64,000 nt of DNA from Candidatus Latescibacterota bacterium (GCA_965207885.1 OZ242311.1:3840001-3904000); one strand, 5' to 3'; positions 49,762 through 59,996 are shown, numbered from the stretch's first letter. Notes: generated by a model not told the origin, from the letters alone. Made by a program: numbers and translations.

Positions 49762-50151
49762 TTATTCGAGTTCGTCCAAAATAAGCCTTAAAACTTCAAG
49801 GCCATTGATCGGTGCATGGTTCACCACTTGGTTCTTGGCTCCTTCGTGAAGATGATCGGGAAATGTATCTATCTCAGGATGGTGCGGGGCATTATCCCAA
49901 CGTTTGATCAACTTTCCAGTGCTGGTCTGCCAGTGATGACGATATTTGGTCACTTCCAGGCTACTCCGTAATTCCAGAACCCGTTCCGTCATCTCGACAA
50001 GCCCACCATCTGCCAACGTTACACGATAACGGTAATTCAGAACCTTTTCCAGTTCGGTATCCCGAATAGACCGTCTGAGAATCTGTACTTCCCTGACAAG
50101 TGGATTTGCGCTGAGGAGTTCATCAATTTGCTGAAGGTACGTCTCTATCAT
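49762..50151 (-). CDS. DUF6516-family toxin (TumE-like)
   Basis: Y.YHWQ...G.LI.RWDNAPHHP.I.TFP.H.H signature. Confidence 0.75.
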   Translation of the reverse strand: MIETYLQQIDELLSANPLVREVQILRRSIRDTELEKVLNYRYRVTLADGGLVEMTERVLELRSSLEVTKYRHHWQTSTGKLIKRWDNAPHHPEIDTFPDHLHEGAKNQVVNHAPINGLEVLRLILDELE

Positions 50152-50453
50152 TCTTCAACCACTGCACGCAAGGCTTTAACTCGCTCCCTGTAAAGCTGCA
50201 TATCGTCATAAAGGCCCATCCACTCCATAAAGTCAGCTACATCATCCAATTCTCCAGCCATAAATTGCCGGTGGCATTCCTCAGAACTCATACTATACCG
50301 CCGCTCAAAGGGTTTTAAATCCCTCTTGACCTCTTCAATTTGTTTTTCATATTTCTGCAAATGCAAATAAATCAATTTTTGCAGTGCCTGATGGGCGAGA
50401 TAGCCTGCTCCAATATTCTCCATAGCCTGGATTTTCTCAATTAAGGTACTCAT
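50148..50453 (-). CDS. Putative antitoxin (TumA-like)
   Basis: L..FE.RY.MSS.E....F..GEL.D..DF.EW motif; 4-nt overlap with the toxin gene. Confidence 0.7.
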   Translation of the reverse strand: MSTLIEKIQAMENIGAGYLAHQALQKLIYLHLQKYEKQIEEVKRDLKPFERRYSMSSEECHRQFMAGELDDVADFMEWMGLYDDMQLYRERVKALRAVVEE

Positions 50454-50573
50454 GATGGCCCTCCAGTCGCCCTCAATATTGTCACGACAGGCAGAACTTG
50501 GCTTTCTTACAAGATTGACTAAAATAAGCTGGAAATATGCTAAAAATGCAATAAAATTATCAAGTACGGGCGA

Positions 50574-51590
50574 TTAAATCTGATGCACCGCCTTGCGCTT
50601 CGCGCGCATACTGGCGTGTGATTCTGGCGACCCATCGTGAAACGTCCCAAACCAGTAATCGAACGGAAAATCATTCTCTCCGTAATTGCACTCAAAATAG
50701 CGGTGATGCAACTGGTGAAAAAACGACGCCGCGGGCATTCTATCACTCCTTCCCACCTCAATTTTATCAAACCCCACATGCCCCTGCGCTGGCGTAAACG
50801 CCGCATGTTGTGCGTTCATCAACATGTGAATCGGATGGGACGGCACCACCCAGTGGATCAAAATACAGCTAAAATACAACAAATGCTCAATCGGATGCAT
50901 AGCCAGCCCGGACCACGGCCCGATATTGATATTCTTGTGATGCAAATAATGCGCGGACTTGTACAGCGGTTTCCAGTGGGTCAGGCGGTGAACCCAATAA
51001 AAATGGAAAAGCCGCCAGAACTGAATACCGCATAGCAACGCAACAAAGTAGATCGGTTCTGTGCGCCAATCGACATAGGGAATTATCTCGTTCGCAAATG
51101 CCCACATAGAAACCACTTCATAAGCCGTCCAGATCGTGCCCCCACTCACACAACTCCAGAAAATATTATCGCGCAGTTGATTGCCCCACAAAAACTTGCG
51201 ATTCGATGTGGCGAGCCATTTCGACGTGTATTTATACCGCGTGCCCTGCGCCTTGAACCTGTAAAAATACACATGCCACGCGCCCGCGATAACAATTAGC
51301 ATCGCAATATTGCGCACGAACATCTCGGCAATCCAATCCACGCGAAATTCCACACAGCGCTCGAGCGCGGGTTGCAAATAAAGCCATGTTCCAATGGCAA
51401 TAAGCATATAAATCGCATTCCATGGCCACAAATAGCCCGGAAAACCAAACATCCACTTCAACGCCTCAACAGGACGCGGAGGCCATGCAAAAATCGGCGC
51501 AGGCGCCGGGCGTTTTGCGGGCTGCCACTCGCCACTTTCATCTCGGGCAACGCCATCTACAACTTCCTTCTCCACTCTGGTATCAGCCAT
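50574..51590 (-). CDS. Sterol desaturase / fatty acid hydroxylase family
   Basis: His boxes HRLTH, HYLHH, HQLHH; NYG...D.WFGT. Confidence 0.9.
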   Translation of the reverse strand: MADTRVEKEVVDGVARDESGEWQPAKRPAPAPIFAWPPRPVEALKWMFGFPGYLWPWNAIYMLIAIGTWLYLQPALERCVEFRVDWIAEMFVRNIAMLIVIAGAWHVYFYRFKAQGTRYKYTSKWLATSNRKFLWGNQLRDNIFWSCVSGGTIWTAYEVVSMWAFANEIIPYVDWRTEPIYFVALLCGIQFWRLFHFYWVHRLTHWKPLYKSAHYLHHKNINIGPWSGLAMHPIEHLLYFSCILIHWVVPSHPIHMLMNAQHAAFTPAQGHVGFDKIEVGRSDRMPAASFFHQLHHRYFECNYGENDFPFDYWFGTFHDGSPESHASMRAKRKAVHQI

Positions 51591-51623
51591 TGTACACTCT
51601 CCTCGAATGGTTGAGACTACGTA

Positions 51624-52283
51624 CTAAATCCTCCCGCTGACCCACTGAATACCCCGCATTAACACCGTCTGAAAATTTTCATCCTTCCACGTCTGATTGT
51701 CGTGCCCACTCTGAAGGCAAAACACCCGCGTACCATTGTATTGTCGCGTCCAGCCAATCGACTTCATACACGCCGGATGATCTGTCGTCAACAGCAAATG
51801 GCTATCCGAATCCGGTTCGCCCATCACATAAGTCTCATCGATCATCTCCCAATCGGATATCCCTCGCGTAATCGGATGATCCCCATCCTCTACCGCAATC
51901 CGCATCACCTCATCGTGGCTGAACGACTCAAACGACCCCGCGACAACACCGGCCATCTGCACCCAGGGATCCCAATTTGGAAATGCCAAAATCGCGTGGT
52001 GCAACAACACAACACCCTTACCCGTCGCCAGCCAGGACTCCAGCGCGCTTAGAGGTCGTCCCATCCACCCGGGGCGGTTCTCATCTGTCGGACCTTCCTT
52101 GTGCATATTATAAAACACAACCACATCGTAGAAATCGCGCTCCTCTGCTCGTGGCGATGCAAAATCCTCCAGAGACTGAATATAGGCATCCACGCCTTCC
52201 ATATTGCGAAACAACCCGTGAAAATTCGGCACATCGAAACGGTAGCCGCCGGTCACCACCGCAACCTTAATAGAATCGTCCAT
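51624..52283 (-). CDS. ThuA-like (trehalose utilization) domain protein
   Basis: YDVVVFYN, GVVLLHHA, HPITRG, DETY, GHD..TW....F...L.RGI.W. Confidence 0.85.
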   Translation of the reverse strand: MDDSIKVAVVTGGYRFDVPNFHGLFRNMEGVDAYIQSLEDFASPRAEERDFYDVVVFYNMHKEGPTDENRPGWMGRPLSALESWLATGKGVVLLHHAILAFPNWDPWVQMAGVVAGSFESFSHDEVMRIAVEDGDHPITRGISDWEMIDETYVMGEPDSDSHLLLTTDHPACMKSIGWTRQYNGTRVFCLQSGHDNQTWKDENFQTVLMRGIQWVSGRI

Positions 52284-52308
52284 AAATGTACCTCCCGTAA
52301 AATATAAC

Positions 52309-53751
52309 CTATCTCCCTCGATTTGTCTCCCAAACCGGCCTTTCCTGCCACGGCTCAAAATCTGGATTCTCCTCGGGAATTTTGGCTTCGATCTCCTCCT
52401 GCCACGCTTTCAGAAGCGCGTGCAATCGATCTCGCACACCGGGCAATTCATCTGCCAGATCATTCTCCTCGCCAATATCCTCTCGCAAATTGTACAACTC
52501 GACATGCCCGGATTCAAAAAACTCGATCAGCTTATAATCCCCCGCTCGAACCGAAGACCCAGGTGTCCCTCCCTGATTGCCATAATGCGGAAAATGCCAG
52601 AAAATCGCATCGCGCGCCAGATCGTCCCCCCTCAACAAAGGCGCGATACTCACGCCATCGCAATGCTGATCGGGAATCAAATCCAGACCCGCCATTTCCA
52701 GTATCGTCGGATAATAATCTGTACTCGTCACCGGAACATCACAAACAGACCCCGCCTGTGTCACACCGGGCCATTTGACAATCAGCGGCTCTCGCGTTCC
52801 GCCTTCATACATCCAGCCCTTGCCCTCGGCGAGCGGCGCATTGCACGTTGGCGAACCTTCACTCGTCGCCAACCCACCATTATCTGAGGTAAACATAATC
52901 GCGGTATTATCGGCAATACCCGCTACTTCCAGCGCGTCTAAAATGCGCCCCACACTCTCATCCATGCTCTCGATCATCGCGGCATACACCGGATCGGACT
53001 GCACCGTCCGCCGCGTAATGCGCCTATCCTTCTTGTGTTCCCCCGGGAAAAAATCACCCTCTTCAAACGGCTCAATTTTATCCAGACCCATCTTCTTTGC
53101 CTTCTCTTCGTACTTCTCAATCTTTTCCTGCTTCGCCTGAATAGGCGTATGCACCGTATAATACCACAAATTCAGAAAAAATGGGCGATCATCGCGGTTC
53201 TCGATCAAATCTACGACGCGATCCGTCAAATAATCCGTCAAATACGTGCCATCTGGAACATCCACATCGTCCAGCACCGGAATCGTCCAGGGACTAAAAT
53301 AACCCCCGCGCCCGGGAGACCCATGTTCGCATCCGCCCACATTCACCTCAAACCCGTGTTCATCGGGATAAAACCCAGGTCCCCCCAAATGCCATTTGCC
53401 AACATGCCAGGTCGCATATCCCCCGTCCTTCATCGCCTGTGCAACCGTGCGCTCTTCATGGGGCAAATACCTGAAATAGGGCACATCGATCAATTTACCG
53501 CGGTTGGGATGATTTCTCCCGCTCCAATCGATAAAATTCGTCACCCCAACCCGCGCGGGATATTTGCCACTCATCACACTCGCACGCGTTGGCGAACACA
53601 CCGGGCACGACGCGTACGCATCCGTAAACTTCATCCCCTCAGCGCACAACCGATCCAGATTGGGCGTCTCGTAAAATTCACTTCCGTAACACGTCGTATC
53701 TGCCCATCCGTAATCGTCCAGCAAAATAAAAATAATATTGGGTTTGCCCAT
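52309..53751 (-). CDS. Cys-type sulfatase (S1 family)
   Basis: PNIIFILLDD, CSPTRAS..SG, GKWHLG, FTSDNGG, GKG..YEGG.R.P. Confidence 0.95.
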   Translation of the reverse strand: MGKPNIIFILLDDYGWADTTCYGSEFYETPNLDRLCAEGMKFTDAYASCPVCSPTRASVMSGKYPARVGVTNFIDWSGRNHPNRGKLIDVPYFRYLPHEERTVAQAMKDGGYATWHVGKWHLGGPGFYPDEHGFEVNVGGCEHGSPGRGGYFSPWTIPVLDDVDVPDGTYLTDYLTDRVVDLIENRDDRPFFLNLWYYTVHTPIQAKQEKIEKYEEKAKKMGLDKIEPFEEGDFFPGEHKKDRRITRRTVQSDPVYAAMIESMDESVGRILDALEVAGIADNTAIMFTSDNGGLATSEGSPTCNAPLAEGKGWMYEGGTREPLIVKWPGVTQAGSVCDVPVTSTDYYPTILEMAGLDLIPDQHCDGVSIAPLLRGDDLARDAIFWHFPHYGNQGGTPGSSVRAGDYKLIEFFESGHVELYNLREDIGEENDLADELPGVRDRLHALLKAWQEEIEAKIPEENPDFEPWQERPVWETNRGR

Positions 53752-53756
53752 TTCCG

Positions 53757-54749
53757 TTAAATCTCCACATCCACACTCTTGCCAGAAGCACCCGACTCGC
53801 GTGCCGCGTGCAACACCTGCATCACCCGCAAACCGTGCTCCGCGGTAATAATCAGATCCTCACCCTCGCGCAAATGCCGCGCAATATTCGCGTGCAGATT
53901 TTCTCGCGGTACTGCATCGGTGCGCACTTCCTCAGAATCTTCACCGTAAACCGTCACCTCGCCACCGCCCCCACGTTCACACACAAGTGTGGCTTCCGTG
54001 CCCAGAACAACCCACTTATACGGCAAGGAATAAAAAGAAATATCCGCCTTGGCAGCACGCGCGCGCACCCCATTGTCAAACACCATCACAATATCGAACA
54101 AATCGTCTGAATCGCCCCACTTCGTATGCCGCACATCGGCAAATACCGATACCACCTTGTGACCCGACATCAAATCGATAATCTGCTCAATCCAGTGCGG
54201 ACCAAAATCCAGCAATGTTCCACCACCCGCCGCGGCTGTCACGCGCCATTGCTGATTGTAATCAGGCACGCCAAAACCCACTGCGGGACGCGCCCCCATG
54301 GTGCGATTCTCAAGCGAAACAATCTCGCCAACCGCGCCATCTAAAACCGCGTGCTTCACCAGACAATAATCGCGATCGTAATGCCGGTTGTGGTGCATCG
54401 TCAACACTACGCCATTATCTCTGGCAGCCTGCACCATTTCCTCGGCCTCTGGCCCGGTCAGTGACATCGGCTTTTCAATCAGCATGTGCTTCTTCGCCGC
54501 CGCCACCTTGAGCGCATCCGCATAATGCGCCGCCGAATGCGTCGCGATCAAAACCAGTTCGATATCCCAACCGAGAAAATCATCGAGATCACCGGTCGCG
54601 CGCAGGCCCTCGCCAACCGCCTCTTCCCGCCTGGATTCCGTAATATCGCACACACCCACCACATCGTACAACCCCGTCTCGCGCATCGTTCTCAGATGAC
54701 CACCAGCCACCCGCCCAAAACCGATAATACCCGCCTTGATCTTTTCCAT
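53757..54749 (-). CDS. Gfo/Idh/MocA family oxidoreductase
   Basis: GIIGFG, EKP, GGGTLLDFGPH. Confidence 0.92.
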   Translation of the reverse strand: MEKIKAGIIGFGRVAGGHLRTMRETGLYDVVGVCDITESRREEAVGEGLRATGDLDDFLGWDIELVLIATHSAAHYADALKVAAAKKHMLIEKPMSLTGPEAEEMVQAARDNGVVLTMHHNRHYDRDYCLVKHAVLDGAVGEIVSLENRTMGARPAVGFGVPDYNQQWRVTAAAGGGTLLDFGPHWIEQIIDLMSGHKVVSVFADVRHTKWGDSDDLFDIVMVFDNGVRARAAKADISFYSLPYKWVVLGTEATLVCERGGGGEVTVYGEDSEEVRTDAVPRENLHANIARHLREGEDLIITAEHGLRVMQVLHAARESGASGKSVDVEI

Positions 54750-54845
54750 TTATTCTTCCTCATCATCTCCGTATTCTTCACTGCAATAAGCCGCACACAA
54801 TTCGGCGATATTGGTCGCCTTCTCAACGCGCGCCTGAACTGTCTC
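54730..54845. repeat. About 116-bp direct repeat, copy 1 (decayed RraA 3' end plus intact oxidoreductase start)
   Basis: Colinear with 55961..56076 at an offset of 1231 bp. Confidence 0.9.
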
Positions 54846-54852
54846 GTTGGAT

Positions 54853-55956
54853 TCATTCGGCCCCGATCCACGCGGAACCGTAGTCGTTATCAAGCTCACG
54901 ATACATGCTTTGAGCATGATCTATGGTGCCTTCGCCGTTTTGAACCGCGTATTCGATTACCATGGACGGGCTGGTCACGCGGAAATACGCGGCACCCAGG
55001 ACACCCTGCCGCCCCCACCATCCAAAGTATGTGTCCTCGATCTCGGCCACCACGGTTTTCATTTTCTCAGCATAGTCGTCATTGTTCATGAGACCCAAAC
55101 GGGCCTCAATTACATCCAGGAGTAACGTTCTCTGCATAGCTGTAAGTTCGCTTCCCTTAATGCCTTCCGGCGCAACTGTTGCACCATACTTTCCTGGCCC
55201 CAGCAAGAGGTCAGTGGGCTGATCTGCACGAACGGCTTGTCCTTTCTGTTCGTCCGTAAGGCTATCCATGAACGCTTGCGCTGCCGCAGTTTCCCTCTGC
55301 GTAATGAAGATTTCGTCACCGTCAAGGCGCAAGTGCAGCGGTTGGCCGCCAGTCAGCATCGGTGAAAAGGAAACGTTCGGTCCGAATACTGTGGCGTTTA
55401 TTGCGAGATGGTGCCCGCCGAACTGGAACATCCAGGGCTCTGTACTTGACGGTTCACCGAGAAATGCAGCGTAAAAGTACTTACTGCCGTATTTCATGAC
55501 GCCGAACAGGTCTCCTGAGATCAGTAAGTCTGCTGCAGCCAGTTGATAAGTGATATTTTTCACACCGTCTTCACTCAAGAGTTCATCAAGGAGCTTATCG
55601 AGATTCGCCCGCTGTATTGCAGAGAGAACACCGAGCTTTACACCACCACGCGGAACCATACCCTCAGGAAAGTTGGACCAATTTGAACGCTGTGCGTTAT
55701 CGGTAAACCGATATGTCGCCGCTTGTCTCTGATTGTCGTCCAGTGAGTCCAGAAAGAGCCTTGCAGCCGCCACGATGGCCACGGTCTTCTCGTCGGCAAC
55801 AGGCAGGTCGTGAGCGTGCTTGAGATTGATCTCTACTGGTACGGGAACCGCTCCAAAAAAGACCCGAGCTACAATATCGGGATGAAAAAACAGATAGACG
55901 AAAACTGCGGCAACGACAATCACTGTACCGAGAAGGTAGATCAACACACGTCTCAT
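54853..55956 (-). CDS. DUF3500-family protein
   Basis: FL.SL...QR, WSNFP...R.G..LG, W..QFGGHHL..N, C-terminal H..SMYR...NDYG; N-terminal TM helix. Confidence 0.8.
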   Translation of the reverse strand: MRRVLIYLLGTVIVVAAVFVYLFFHPDIVARVFFGAVPVPVEINLKHAHDLPVADEKTVAIVAAARLFLDSLDDNQRQAATYRFTDNAQRSNWSNFPEGMVPRGGVKLGVLSAIQRANLDKLLDELLSEDGVKNITYQLAAADLLISGDLFGVMKYGSKYFYAAFLGEPSSTEPWMFQFGGHHLAINATVFGPNVSFSPMLTGGQPLHLRLDGDEIFITQRETAAAQAFMDSLTDEQKGQAVRADQPTDLLLGPGKYGATVAPEGIKGSELTAMQRTLLLDVIEARLGLMNNDDYAEKMKTVVAEIEDTYFGWWGRQGVLGAAYFRVTSPSMVIEYAVQNGEGTIDHAQSMYRELDNDYGSAWIGAE

Positions 55957-55960
55957 GGAT

Positions 55961-56076
55961 CCCGCCTTGATCTTTTCCTTTTATTCTTCCTCATCATCTC
56001 CGTATTCTTCACCGCGATAAGCCGCGCGCAACTCAGCGATATTGGTCGCCTTCTTAACGCGCTCTTGAAGCGCCTC
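55961..56076. repeat. About 116-bp direct repeat, copy 2 (intact RraA 3' end plus dead oxidoreductase start)
   Basis: The oxidoreductase ATG is mutated to AAG in this copy. Confidence 0.9.
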
Positions 56077-56706
56077 TTCCCCTGCGATCAGTTCCTTCAC
56101 ATTCGCCAGCACCTCCGCCATCCGATCTGCGGGAAACTTAACCGCGCCATTTTCATCCATGTGAATAATCTCGCCAGGCGCAACATCCATCCCGCAAATC
56201 GACACCGGCACATTCACCGCCTGCACAGCCTGATCGCCATGGCCGGGCGAAATACCCGTCAACAAATACTGAAATTCCATCGGACGGATTTCATCGATAT
56301 CTCTCGACGGCCCATTTGACACGCACCCCACGCACCCCAGCGCTTTCATCGTCGTCGTCATATTGCCGCCCGCAAGCCCCACCTTACCCGCAATCTCCGG
56401 CGGAAACTTCTGCTCCAGCGCCAGTATTGTCGGCTTTGGCGACGCATCCAGTGCCTCGGACACATCCATAAACGACAACCGGCTAAATCCCGCATCCGGC
56501 AACCCAAAAGTACACGTCACAGCATACCCACACCGCGCGCCGAGTTCTGGATACATACACTTAATCGTCTGATCCGTGTACCAGTTCTCAACCCACGGAT
56601 TATAAAGCCCCAAACACAACGGATTACTCGGATACGTCGCCACCACATTTGTAATAGACGGCGTATCGAAATTCTCCAGTTCCTTCAAAATCTCCTGCTC
56701 TGTCAT
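55981..56706 (-). CDS. RraA / HMG-aldolase family protein
   Basis: DTPSITN, GYAVT, GG.M, G..SNG.SRD.DEI, V.PGE.IH.DENG. Confidence 0.85.
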   Translation of the reverse strand: MTEQEILKELENFDTPSITNVVATYPSNPLCLGLYNPWVENWYTDQTIKCMYPELGARCGYAVTCTFGLPDAGFSRLSFMDVSEALDASPKPTILALEQKFPPEIAGKVGLAGGNMTTTMKALGCVGCVSNGPSRDIDEIRPMEFQYLLTGISPGHGDQAVQAVNVPVSICGMDVAPGEIIHMDENGAVKFPADRMAEVLANVKELIAGEEALQERVKKATNIAELRAAYRGEEYGDDEEE

Positions 56707-56746
56707 GGTAATCTCCTTAAAAGGCGGTCAGTCCACCCAGCTCATC

Positions 56747-56773
56747 GGGCGACCACAGGGGGTCGCCCCTACA
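56747..56773 (-). repeat. GTAG-type REP palindrome
   Basis: TGTAG-GGGCGACC-CCCTGT-GGTCGCCC on the minus strand, intergenic. Confidence 0.7.
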
Positions 56774-56787
56774 GACCAATTCACTTC

Positions 56788-57753
56788 TCACTTCCCCACC
56801 TTCACCACATGTTCCTGATCCCAATCCTGGATCAACGGCTCCAGATCATCCCAAAACGCTTCGGGAATTTTAATACTACCAGCTTCGGCATTTTGAATGG
56901 TCTCCGCTTTGTTTCGCCCCCCGCAAATCGCCGTTGCAATCAACGGATGCCTTGTACACCACTGCAGCGAGGCAGCCACCAGTGGAATGCCATAATCGTC
57001 GCAAAGTGCTTTTATCCTCCCAACGCGGCCCAAAACAGCCTGACTAAAATTGCGATTCACATAAGAATGCCCGGGCAAGGGTCCCGTCGCCAACAAACCG
57101 CGTTCCAGAGGCGTAGCAAGCGCAATCCCCACATTGTGTTTTTCAGCACCGGGAAAAATGAGTGTATCCGCCGTACGGTTCAACAAACTCCACGCATCGG
57201 GAACCACCGAAGCATCAAACTCACCCGTATCAATATAGGGACCATTTGAATCGGGATCATTCGCCGCAATACCTACAAAACGCACCACACCCTCATCCTG
57301 CAATTTGCGCAACGCACCAAGCGCGCCATCTTTTGCCATCACCTGCTGCATGGGAAAATCCATCGGATCGTGAATGTACAGCACGTCAAATGCATCCAGC
57401 CCCAACCGCTCTTGACTGTCTTCCACCTGCTGCATCACCCCGTCGAAAGAGAAATCGTATTCATTTCCCGATCTTCCCACTTTTGTCGTCACCGTACACT
57501 TTTCAGCCAGATCGGGGCGTTCGCGCAACGCGCGACCGATAATTTTCTCGCTCACAGTATTCCCATAAAGCGGTGCTGTATCGACCAGCGTACACCCGGC
57601 CTCAATAGCAGCCACCACATTCTCTACGCCCACATCTTCATCGACACCCGGCAAAAAATGACCATCTGCCCCCATCGTGCGAGCGAGAAATGCCGTGCCA
57701 AAACTGACGATTGGAACTTCCAACCCCGTTCTACCCAATATCTTACTCTGCAT
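56788..57753 (-). CDS. Aldo/keto reductase
   Basis: LGRTGLEV, DTAPLYG..SE..IG.AL, TKVG, S.ERLG.D..D...IHDP. Confidence 0.93.
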   Translation of the reverse strand: MQSKILGRTGLEVPIVSFGTAFLARTMGADGHFLPGVDEDVGVENVVAAIEAGCTLVDTAPLYGNTVSEKIIGRALRERPDLAEKCTVTTKVGRSGNEYDFSFDGVMQQVEDSQERLGLDAFDVLYIHDPMDFPMQQVMAKDGALGALRKLQDEGVVRFVGIAANDPDSNGPYIDTGEFDASVVPDAWSLLNRTADTLIFPGAEKHNVGIALATPLERGLLATGPLPGHSYVNRNFSQAVLGRVGRIKALCDDYGIPLVAASLQWCTRHPLIATAICGGRNKAETIQNAEAGSIKIPEAFWDDLEPLIQDWDQEHVVKVGK

Positions 57754-57769
57754 CGCAAATCTCCCCAAG

Positions 57770-57819
57770 CGAATCAACGAATCAACGAATAGACGAATAG
57801 ACGAATCAGCGAATAGACG
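57770..57819. repeat. 8-bp tandem repeat x6 (CGAAT-CAA/AGA/CAG)
   Basis: cgaatcaa cgaatcaa cgaataga cgaataga cgaatcag cgaataga. Confidence 0.85.
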
Positions 57820-57878
57820 GAGCAATGTACAACTGACCGCCTCACGCATAACGTCAGATTCTCAGAGAACGCTCACGC

Positions 57879-57907
57879 ATAATAGACGACAGAACCCTGC
57901 GTGTCAA
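57879..57907 (-). promoter_or_regulatory. Sigma70 promoter of the AKR-RraA-...-sulfatase operon
   Basis: TTGACA-17 bp-TATTAT. Confidence 0.75.
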
Positions 57908-58051
57908 TGCGAAAAAATCCCCTGCTCTATGTCATAAGTGATGTTACACAACTTTAGGCAGATTTGCGTTGTTTGTCGAAAGTGTTGGTGATGATTCCAC
58001 TTTTTCTCTTTGTTCTGCCTTCGGCGTAGAGTCGAAGTGATAAAGACGGGT

Positions 58052-58084
58052 GTCATTGCGGCATGGTTTTGAGCCGCAATCCAG
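58052..58084. repeat. REP-like palindrome
   Basis: GTC-ATTGCGGC-atggttttga-GCCGCAAT-CCAG. Confidence 0.55.
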
Positions 58085-58096
58085 TCTATAAAAATA

Positions 58097-58142
58097 TTGA
58101 CAAACTATTCTCATTCTGTTATACTTGTCATTATTATGACAA
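58097..58142 (+). promoter_or_regulatory. Near-consensus sigma70 promoter with an overlapping palindromic operator
   Basis: TTGACA(58097)-17 bp-TATACT(58120) with extended TG; TTGTCAT-tatt-ATGACAA at 58125-58142. Confidence 0.8.
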
Positions 58143-59971
58143 ACATAATAGAAATACAAAACATTTCGGCTGTTTTGCGCGCCATTCGCGCCCATCTTGA
58201 TCTTACACAAGAGCAACTCGCGGATCGACTTGGCGTTGCCTTCGCCACCGTCAACCGCTGGGAAGGTGGCGTAACTAAGCCTCAGAAGGCAGCGCGAGAG
58301 GCCATCGTCGCACTCGCAGACGAGGCGGGAATCGACATGGCGGAAGTTGCCGCAGAACCAGTCGAAGCCGCAGCGCAAGTGACAAGACGACGGCGCGTTT
58401 CCAAAGCTCCTTCGACGAAGACCATGGAGCAAATGTTGTGGGACGCGGCCTGCTCCATCCGAGGTGAAAAGGACGCGGCCAGGTTCAAGGATTATCTACT
58501 CCCCCTCCTCTTTCTCAAACGCCTATCCGATGTCTTTGACGACGAGATCGAGCGTCTCGCAGAGGAATACGGCGACCGAGAGACCGCCCTGGAAATTTCC
58601 GAACTGGACCACGGACTATTGCGCTTTTATCTCCCACCCGAGGCACGATGGGCTGTCATAAATGGACGCGAGGATTATAAATGGCCTGAAAACCAGGGGC
58701 GAAGCACACGCCCGAAGGATATTGGTGAGCATCTGACAAGATCTGTCCGCACCATAGTGCGACATAACCCCTCGCTCTCTGGTGTCATTGACCTCGTAGA
58801 TTTCGCCGCCGAGCGCGATGGACAGCGCGACATTAACGCAAAAAAACTCATCGAGGTTGTCGAAACCTTCTCCGATCCACGCTACCGCCTGGGGCTTGCT
58901 GACGTTCAGCCCGATTTTCTTGGCCGCGCCTACGAGTTCCTCCTGCGAAAATTTGCCGAAGGCTCCGGCCAGAGCGCGGGTGAATTTTTCACCCCAACCG
59001 AAGTCGGCCTTCTAATGGCCCACATCATGCGTCCAAGACCAGGCGAGGAATGCCACGACTATGCCTGCGGTTCAGCCGGTCTGCTCGTAAAACTCCAACT
59101 CGTCGCCCGCGAACTCGACCCTACAAGTCGCGTGCCGCTCAAACTCTATGGACAGGAACTACAGGCCGAAAGCTACGCGGTCGCCAAAATGAACGCGATC
59201 ATCCACGACATGGAAGCCGAAATCGAGCGCGGCGATACAATGATCAATCCGAAGTTCAAAACCGCAGACAGCAAAATCCGCACTTACGATATCGTCGTCG
59301 CCAATCCAATGTGGAATCAGCCGTTCAACCCGGACATCTTCGCCGACGACCCCTTCGACCGATTCCGCACCCAGGGCGGCGTTACCACTGGCAAAGGCGA
59401 CTGGCCCTGGCTACAACACACCCTCACCTGCCTGAACGAGCGCGGACGTGCGGCAGTGGTACTCGACACCGGCGCAGTGACGCGCGGATCTGGTTCCAGA
59501 AATGAGGACAGAGAACGCAACATCCGCAAGTGGTTTGTTGAGAACGACCTGATTGACGGCGTGATCCTGCTGCCGGACAACCTCTTCTACAACACCAGCG
59601 CCGCTGGCGTGATCATCGTCCTCTCAAAGCGCAAGCCTGCCTCACGAAAGAACAAAATCGTGCTCCTCAACGCCAGCCAGCGCGTGCGTAAGGGCCGTCC
59701 GAAAAACTATATCCCGGAAGAAGACCTGCGCCCACTCGCAGCCGCCTATATCAAAGGCGAACCAGTTGAAGGCGAGGTCGCAGTCATCACGCGGGAGCAA
59801 GTAGTGGAAGCAGACTACAACCTCAGCCCGAGCCGGTGGGCAGGGCAGACGGCCGCCTTTGACCACCGGCCTATCTCAGAGATTATTGCAGACTTGAACA
59901 AACTGAATGAAGAAGCCCGTGAGATTGACGGGCATTTGGCAGATATACTCGCACAATTGCAAGAAAAATGA
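58136..59971 (+). CDS. hsdM: Type I restriction-modification methyltransferase with N-terminal XRE/Cro HTH fusion
   Basis: [23 protein letters not shown]; [31 protein letters not shown] (motif I), NPMW (motif IV), [17 protein letters not shown]. Confidence 0.92.
   Translation: MTNIIEIQNISAVLRAIRAHLDLTQEQLADRLGVAFATVNRWEGGVTKPQKAAREAIVALADEAGIDMAEVAAEPVEAAAQVTRRRRVSKAPSTKTMEQMLWDAACSIRGEKDAARFKDYLLPLLFLKRLSDVFDDEIERLAEEYGDRETALEISELDHGLLRFYLPPEARWAVINGREDYKWPENQGRSTRPKDIGEHLTRSVRTIVRHNPSLSGVIDLVDFAAERDGQRDINAKKLIEVVETFSDPRYRLGLADVQPDFLGRAYEFLLRKFAEGSGQSAGEFFTPTEVGLLMAHIMRPRPGEECHDYACGSAGLLVKLQLVARELDPTSRVPLKLYGQELQAESYAVAKMNAIIHDMEAEIERGDTMINPKFKTADSKIRTYDIVVANPMWNQPFNPDIFADDPFDRFRTQGGVTTGKGDWPWLQHTLTCLNERGRAAVVLDTGAVTRGSGSRNEDRERNIRKWFVENDLIDGVILLPDNLFYNTSAAGVIIVLSKRKPASRKNKIVLLNASQRVRKGRPKNYIPEEDLRPLAAAYIKGEPVEGEVAVITREQVVEADYNLSPSRWAGQTAAFDHRPISEIIADLNKLNEEAREIDGHLADILAQLQEK
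59603..59839. repeat. 237-bp direct repeat, copy 1 (within hsdM)
   Basis: Colinear with 60359..60595; offset 756 bp (in frame). Confidence 0.92.
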
Positions 59972-59996
59972 ACCTCGAAAAAGAAAGGAGAAAAAC

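Noticed and set aside
57770-57819. CRISPR array
   Set aside because: 8-bp tandem units without spacers; no cas genes in the window.
57841-57960. Integron attC site (GCATAAC)
   Set aside because: No matching GTTRRRY end with a paired stem and no integrase; better explained as promoter-proximal repeats.
59300-59320. NPMW motif IV as a sign of an inactive methyltransferase
   Set aside because: The catalytic Asn and aromatic residue are retained and motif I is intact; inactivity cannot be inferred from sequence.
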